From NCBI GenBank assembly GCA_011364925.1, contig RDOA01000045.1, positions 1-30,323 on the forward strand: a stretch of 30,323 bases of DNA. The letters run 5' to 3'. The notes under the pieces were generated by a model, which made no database searches, was not told where the DNA came from, and saw only the letters and a list, made by a program, of their open reading frames with translations. Within the stretch, counting starts at the first letter, position 1; each line of letters begins with the position of its first letter. The position numbers were made by a program, and so were the translations under genes. This stretch comes from Promethearchaeota archaeon. Its GTDB lineage: Archaea; Asgardarchaeota; Lokiarchaeia; Sigyniarchaeales; SOKP01. Below are positions 26,579 to 30,323 of this stretch, in pieces.

Positions 26579-28228
26579 ATGGTTAAATATAAAAGAGGTC
26601 ACCTTTATTACCCCGAAATTCCTATTCATAAGGTCTTGGAGAGCACAGCAGAAAGATTTCCCAATAAACCAGCCTTTCTTTACCCCCGGGAAATGACTTT
26701 TAAACAATTTAAAGAGCAAGTAGACTTATTCGCAACTGCTTTGATGAATCTAGGTGTGAAAAAAGGTGAAAGAGTCGCTTTATTCGCTCAAAATTCAATT
26801 GAGTGGGAAATAGCTTTTTATGGGTTAGAGAAGGCAGGTGGAATTTTAGTACCAATGAATCCACAATTCAAAGAGGTAGAAGTTGAATATGAAGCAAAGG
26901 ATTCTGGTGCCAAAACTATTATTGTATACAAGTCGTTGTATCCAGTTATAGCAGCAGTTAAAGATAAAACTGACCTATCAACGATAATAATCATAGAACC
27001 AGAAGAAAGCAACGAGAGTGTTAAAATTCCGGAGACAGCTTTAATTTGGTCAGAACTTATGAAGAATACAAAACCAAATCCTCCAGAATACGATTTCAAT
27101 CCTAAAGAAGACCTCGCTGCATTAATGTATACTAGTGGAACTACGGGACTACCAAAAGGAACAATGCTTACGCATTACAATATGGTTTCGAATGTAGCCC
27201 AAGCGAGCCCAATGTTTGACTTAAGCGATTTTGATATTGCGATGACTGTCCTCCCTCTTTACCATATCTACGGTTTAAATGTATGTATGAACCAAGCGAT
27301 TTGGTTAGGGGCGTCGCAAGTAGTACTTCCTCGATTCGATGTTAGAGAATTCTGTGAATTATTAGAAAAATATAAAGCTACTTATAGTTTATGTGTTCCT
27401 CCCATATTTCTCGCAGTCGTTAGACATCTCGAAGAACCAGAAGTTAAAGAATATAACTGGGAGGATCTTAAGGTTTTTAATAATGGTGGAGCTCCCATCC
27501 CGCTTGAACTCTTGGAACGTTTTTATAAGCTAGCAAAAGAAAAATGTAAGGCTAAAAATGTTACCATACAACATGGTTGGGGGTTAACCGAGGCATCCCC
27601 CGTTGTAGCTGTCAACCCTATGTCTCGTCCTAAGATGGAATCCCAAGGAACTTTAATCCCAGACACATTTCATAAAATCATTGATTTAGAAACGGGTGAA
27701 GAACTACCAAAACGTGGTGATGTCGGCGAGTTAGTTATAAAAGGACCTCAAGTTATGAAGGGCTATTGGAATCGACTAGAAGCTACAGAAGAGGCGTTTT
27801 GGACAGACCCTAAAACAGGAGAAAGATGGTTAAGAACAGGAGATATGGCATACATTGACGAAGAAGAATATGAGCATTTGATGGATAGAATAAAAGAGAT
27901 GATCAAATACAAGGGTTGGAGTATCGCTCCGGCGGAACTTGAAGATTTACTCTTTAAGAACCCTCACATCTCTGATGCTGCCGTTATTGGTAAACCTTCT
28001 AAAGAATTAGATATAGGAGAAATACCAAAAGCTTTTGTCATTCTAAAGCCCGAATCAAAAGGAAATGTTAGCGAACAGGATATCATAGATTGGGTAGCAG
28101 AGAGAATCTCAGCCTATAAAAAGATTCGAGAAGTTGAATTCGTTGAAAGTATTGAAAAATCAGGTTCGGGAAAAATCTTACGAAGAGAATTGGTCAAATT
28201 AGAAAAAGAAAGACTTGGTTTAAAATAA
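26579..28228 (+). CDS. AMP-forming acyl-CoA ligase (long-chain fatty acid / 4-coumarate-CoA ligase-like)
   Basis: YTSGTTGLPKG, PLYHIYG, GWGLTEASP, GELVIKGPQVMKGYW, RTGD, DRIKEMIK and SGKILRR. AGGTG RBS. Confidence 0.95.
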   Translation: MVKYKRGHLYYPEIPIHKVLESTAERFPNKPAFLYPREMTFKQFKEQVDLFATALMNLGVKKGERVALFAQNSIEWEIAFYGLEKAGGILVPMNPQFKEVEVEYEAKDSGAKTIIVYKSLYPVIAAVKDKTDLSTIIIIEPEESNESVKIPETALIWSELMKNTKPNPPEYDFNPKEDLAALMYTSGTTGLPKGTMLTHYNMVSNVAQASPMFDLSDFDIAMTVLPLYHIYGLNVCMNQAIWLGASQVVLPRFDVREFCELLEKYKATYSLCVPPIFLAVVRHLEEPEVKEYNWEDLKVFNNGGAPIPLELLERFYKLAKEKCKAKNVTIQHGWGLTEASPVVAVNPMSRPKMESQGTLIPDTFHKIIDLETGEELPKRGDVGELVIKGPQVMKGYWNRLEATEEAFWTDPKTGERWLRTGDMAYIDEEEYEHLMDRIKEMIKYKGWSIAPAELEDLLFKNPHISDAAVIGKPSKELDIGEIPKAFVILKPESKGNVSEQDIIDWVAERISAYKKIREVEFVESIEKSGSGKILRRELVKLEKERLGLK

Positions 28229-28234
28229 AAAAAA

Positions 28235-28603
28235 TTATTTTGCATTCGGGTCGCTTTCCATTATTCCAAATATTAATCCCTCAGAATCTTTGAAGTAAGC
28301 CAGCCAACCGATGCCTGGTATAGCGTGCTTAGGTCTTACTATTTCACCACCTTTGTTCTCAATTTTTTTGATTATGTTGTCGATATCTACGACATCAATA
28401 GTATTTACCATTTTTGGGAATCCTTCTTCTGCGTTACCTAATCCTCCGTCAATTCCCGCTTCGTTTTCGTCCCCTGTCATAACGAACCAATAGTCCATAG
28501 GACCATCCCATTTTTGAAACTCCCAACCGAATACATCTTTGTAAAAAGCCATTGCTTTTTTGACATCTTTTACATTCATCTCGAAATGTATTAGTCTTGC
28601 CAT
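28235..28603 (-). CDS. VOC (glyoxalase/bleomycin-resistance) family protein
   Basis: HFE...A..FY..VFGW, GIDGG, GG.I..PK..IPG.GWLAYFKDSEG. GGAGGTG RBS before ATG 28603. Confidence 0.93.
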   Translation of the reverse strand: MARLIHFEMNVKDVKKAMAFYKDVFGWEFQKWDGPMDYWFVMTGDENEAGIDGGLGNAEEGFPKMVNTIDVVDIDNIIKKIENKGGEIVRPKHAIPGIGWLAYFKDSEGLIFGIMESDPNAK

Positions 28604-28700
28604 TAATAACACCTCCTAAACTATATAAATTTAAATCTAACGGAATTATAAAAAAGTTATTCTTATGGTTTAAAACTGTTATTGTATCTTAACCATTTTT

Positions 28701-29309
28701 CTATGTTTTTCTCTCTTTCTTGGACGCTTCTCTAATAATAAAGAATCCTATTACCAATCCTATAAGAAAAGGGAGAATAATTTGAAGCCACATAAAATTA
28801 ATAGGTAATAGAAATGTAGGAGGAGGATGTGTTTGCGGTGGACCAAATGGGATAGTTCTCAGATAATACGAGAATGCAGAAGTAATCCAATTAATAGACC
28901 AAGCTATAAAAGTTGCAACACCTAGCCATTTCCATAACTTATAAATGTGCGGTTTCCGAAAGTATGAGATATATGTTTTCCATATAATAATAACAGCGAT
29001 TAAAAAACTTGGCCACACATGAAAACTAAAGCTGATATCGAAAGGTTCAAAAAATGGAGGTCCCTCGAAAAATATTCCGGTAATAAAACCCGTAACTCCC
29101 GCAAATAATCCTAAAAAGTATAAAGTCGTCGCAAACCCTCCAAAAGCTCTATGTGATCTAAATAAAATATCATTTGTCTTTAAGAGAGATATTCTCTTTT
29201 TCACATATCCTGCGTAAGCTCCAGTTGCCACTTGTACCGTAGCACATAAGCAACCTAGCATGGTAATAATCGTGTTAAATTCTGCTGTAGTATATGTAAG
29301 TCCTGCCAT
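28701..29309 (-). CDS. Membrane protein, DUF6529 / cytochrome-b561-like
   Basis: Five TM helices; Q..T in TM1, SHRAFG, SFHVWP...IWK and WITSA. Family assignment is from recall. Confidence 0.55.
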   Translation of the reverse strand: MAGLTYTTAEFNTIITMLGCLCATVQVATGAYAGYVKKRISLLKTNDILFRSHRAFGGFATTLYFLGLFAGVTGFITGIFFEGPPFFEPFDISFSFHVWPSFLIAVIIIWKTYISYFRKPHIYKLWKWLGVATFIAWSINWITSAFSYYLRTIPFGPPQTHPPPTFLLPINFMWLQIILPFLIGLVIGFFIIREASKKERKT

Positions 29310-29378
29310 AATCACTAAATTACTTAAATTTTAGAATTAATAAAAAATTTTGTTCTTCTTAAATTTTAGTTAAATTGG

Positions 29379-29403
29379 AATTTGTTATGTAAAGTAACAA
29401 ATT
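29379..29403. promoter_or_regulatory. Inverted repeat AATTTGTTA-N7-TAACAAATT in a divergent promoter
   Basis: Perfect 9-bp arms with a 7-nt spacer. Confidence 0.4.
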
Positions 29404-29496
29404 TTACAATGAAGTCATTTTTATATAAGTGAATAATTCTACACTTTAATTAATATAAAATTTTAGAGGGATGTAATTATTACAAAAAAAGAAACA

Positions 29497-29883
29497 ATGA
29501 TGTATCTCTGCATAGCTAGTTTTATTCCTGCAGCCTTAAGCGCAATATTAACAGCTATGTTTACATTTGTATTGGCTATTTTGAATATTATTTTAATTGT
29601 TGTTGATTTACTTCTCATGCTCATCACATTAAAATACATTAGAAAGGACATAGTTGCCTATAGTGCCAGAGCGGGACGGATGACCGCTCGTACCGGATTT
29701 TTCTTTCAAACCTTTCCTATTATTGCCTACCTTATCATCTTTACTATTTCACCGGTAGAATTAGGAATTGTCTTTACAACACTCGATTATACACTTTTTA
29801 TTTTTTGGGGAATAAGTTTCATTTTGAATGTCATAGGCGCAATTTTATACAAACTTCCTAAAAAGCAGCAATCAACTTATTGA
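29497..29883 (+). CDS. Uncharacterised 4-TM membrane protein
   Basis: Four hydrophobic segments with a basic central loop (ARAGRMTAR). The start may be ATT at 29476 or 29479. Confidence 0.7.
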   Translation: MMYLCIASFIPAALSAILTAMFTFVLAILNIILIVVDLLLMLITLKYIRKDIVAYSARAGRMTARTGFFFQTFPIIAYLIIFTISPVELGIVFTTLDYTLFIFWGISFILNVIGAILYKLPKKQQSTY

Positions 29884-29917
29884 TTATTTTTAATTCTTTA
29901 TTTTTTTAGCATTTTGA

Positions 29918-30323
29918 TTAAATTATTTGATTTTTAGTGCGTTCCATGCCGTACCTCTTATAAGCATCTTCCATTGAAAGTTCGGGAATTTTATTTTCTA
30001 CTTTTTCTAATAGGATTCTTTTGGCAGAACAATTTGAAGAACAAACTCCGCAACCAATGCATAAATCTAAATCGAGTTCTGGAATGAACTTCCCTCCCTC
30101 TTCTATTGAAGGATATAATGCGTGAGTAGGACACAAATCAATACATCGATAACATTCCTTGCAAAGTATTGATTCTTCGATTTTCGCCCGAAAGTTAGAG
30201 AGAGCAAAACCTCCCATCCTATGAAACTTTGTCATAGATTTTAAAATACCACAGTGTTCATTATCGCAATTGCACAAAAACTCTGGTTTTTGAGCGTTTA
30301 ATGTACAATGAACCATTCCTTTT
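29918..30323 (-). CDS. 4Fe-4S binding protein, 3' part (paralogous to 6224..7351); starts beyond the window
   Basis: Frame is open to the window end (KGMVHC...); FLCNCDNEHCG, CKECYRCIDLCP and CIGCGVCSSNC. Confidence 0.85.
   Translation of the reverse strand, partial: KGMVHCTLNAQKPEFLCNCDNEHCGILKSMTKFHRMGGFALSNFRAKIEESILCKECYRCIDLCPTHALYPSIEEGGKFIPELDLDLCIGCGVCSSNCSAKRILLEKVENKIPELSMEDAYKRYGMERTKNQII

Noticed and set aside
2663-29651. Short ORFs in the track at 2663, 4591, 7760, 9241, 9407, 11678, 11812, 12283, 15303, 15652, 20454, 25830, 26818, 28311 and 29463
   Set aside because: All are antisense or off-frame shadows overlapping well-supported genes and have no recognisable motifs.

Overview
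AT-rich (roughly 30% GC by eye), gene-dense archaeal DNA that looks like an Asgard archaeon, most likely Lokiarchaeia. The assignment rests on its eukaryotic-signature proteins: a gelsolin + domain-X protein, a Rab-like small GTPase, three membrane proteins with cytoplasmic longin-like domains (one single-pass glycoprotein, two tandem 7-TM proteins), a Zn-ribbon/RING protein and a long coiled-coil protein with a terminal Zn ribbon. These are interspersed with anaerobic metabolism genes (IorAB, acyl-CoA ligase, several 4Fe-4S proteins, alkyl-sulfatase-like MBL, TSUP, rhodanese, ZIP, MFS) and two orphan amino-methyltransferases. I found no rRNA, tRNA, CRISPR array or IS element. The main leads are: (1) a 5.4-kb neighbourhood of coiled-coil/Zn-ribbon <- -> Rab -> 7TM-longin x2 -> <- RING, which could be a receptor-GEF-GTPase module; (2) a perfect 20-bp palindrome centred on AGATCT in the Rab divergent promoter, near an M.BglII-like orphan methylase; (3) evidence for ATT initiation codons; (4) several structured intergenic elements. 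All family calls come from motif recognition only; no searches were run.
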